DNA from: a virus
Direction: 5' to 3' (one strand)
Virus record (IMG/VR): IMGVR_UViG_3300045988_084902
Length of the DNA: 40,338 bases
Shown here one piece after another: positions 40,141-40,338 of this stretch. The notes beneath the pieces are model-generated. The model did no database searches. It was given only the letters and a program-made list of their open reading frames with translations, and was not told the origin of the DNA. Both the position numbers and the translations under genes were made by a program. The number at the start of each line of letters is the position of its first letter. Positions within the stretch are counted from its first letter, which is position 1.

Positions 40141-40338
40141 TTTTGAGCTGCAAGGCGGTCGAAAACGGCTTGGAGGTTGTCCGCCGTGCGCTCATCATCA
40201 CCCTCCAGAAAGTGGCTATACTGCTTGTATGTATCCATGCTTTTGCTGTGGCCGATAAGCTGCTTTAAGTCGCCTTGCGGAAGCTCTTTTGCGATGCTGA
40301 CAAATGTATGCCGCATTTCGTATAAGCTCAGCTCTGGC
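40128..40338 (-). CDS. int: Integrase C-terminal part (catalytic RHTF...GHS...Y region). Bases 40246-40338 duplicate 1-93.
   Basis: Track ORF MRHTFVSIAKELPQGDLKQLIGHSKSMDTYKQYSHFLEG... It is in frame with the upstream sequence, which equals the left end of the window. Confidence 0.9.
   Translation of the reverse strand, partial: PELSLYEMRHTFVSIAKELPQGDLKQLIGHSKSMDTYKQYSHFLEGDDERTADNLQAVFDRLAAQKSTH
40246..40338. repeat. Terminal overlap copy 2 (identical to 1-93)
   Basis: Direct comparison of the two window ends. Confidence 0.95.

Overview
The window is one complete temperate siphovirus genome of about 40.2 kb, circularly permuted. Bases 1-93 are identical to 40246-40338, so the unit length is 40,245 bp, and the tyrosine integrase gene on the minus strand spans that junction. 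An intact attP-like region lies next to int, so this is a closed or excised phage genome, not an attL/attR-flanked prophage.

Gene order, left to right:
- Lysogeny module (int, HTH proteins, CI/Cro-like divergent switch).
- Early, recombination and replication module on the plus strand: DUF1351-like, RecT, MBL-fold protein, organizer with 10-bp iterons, G39P-like loader, VRR-NUC, C5-MTase-like, and many small Cys-rich proteins.
- A late activator of the DUF1492/sigma-r4 type.
- A 1.2-kb ORF-free, hairpin-dense island holding tRNA-Met(CAT), tRNA-Thr(TGT) and a tRNA-like element.
- A Dam-type N6-adenine methyltransferase with an in-frame 9-bp x 8 repeat.
- TerS and TerL, then an SPP1-like head and tail module, including a canonical -1 frameshift in the tail chaperone.
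- A receptor-binding protein with an AT-rich depolymerase-like C-terminus.
- A lysis cassette (M23+GH25 endolysin, holin).
- A minus-strand accessory cassette (acidic protein plus an AP2-like/3xHTH protein) with its own promoter and an upstream orphan promoter-terminator unit.
- A plus-strand cargo block of low-complexity proteins of unknown function, interrupted by an HNH homing endonuclease.

The Shine-Dalgarno usage and the gene families suggest a Gram-positive host (Bacillota, probably Clostridia); this is an inference.

The most interesting candidates are the tRNA-associated structured RNA island, which could be a ROOL/GOLLD-class large ncRNA but is unverified, and the two accessory cassettes between the lysis genes and attP. 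All functional calls come from reading the translations and motifs by eye. No database search was run.
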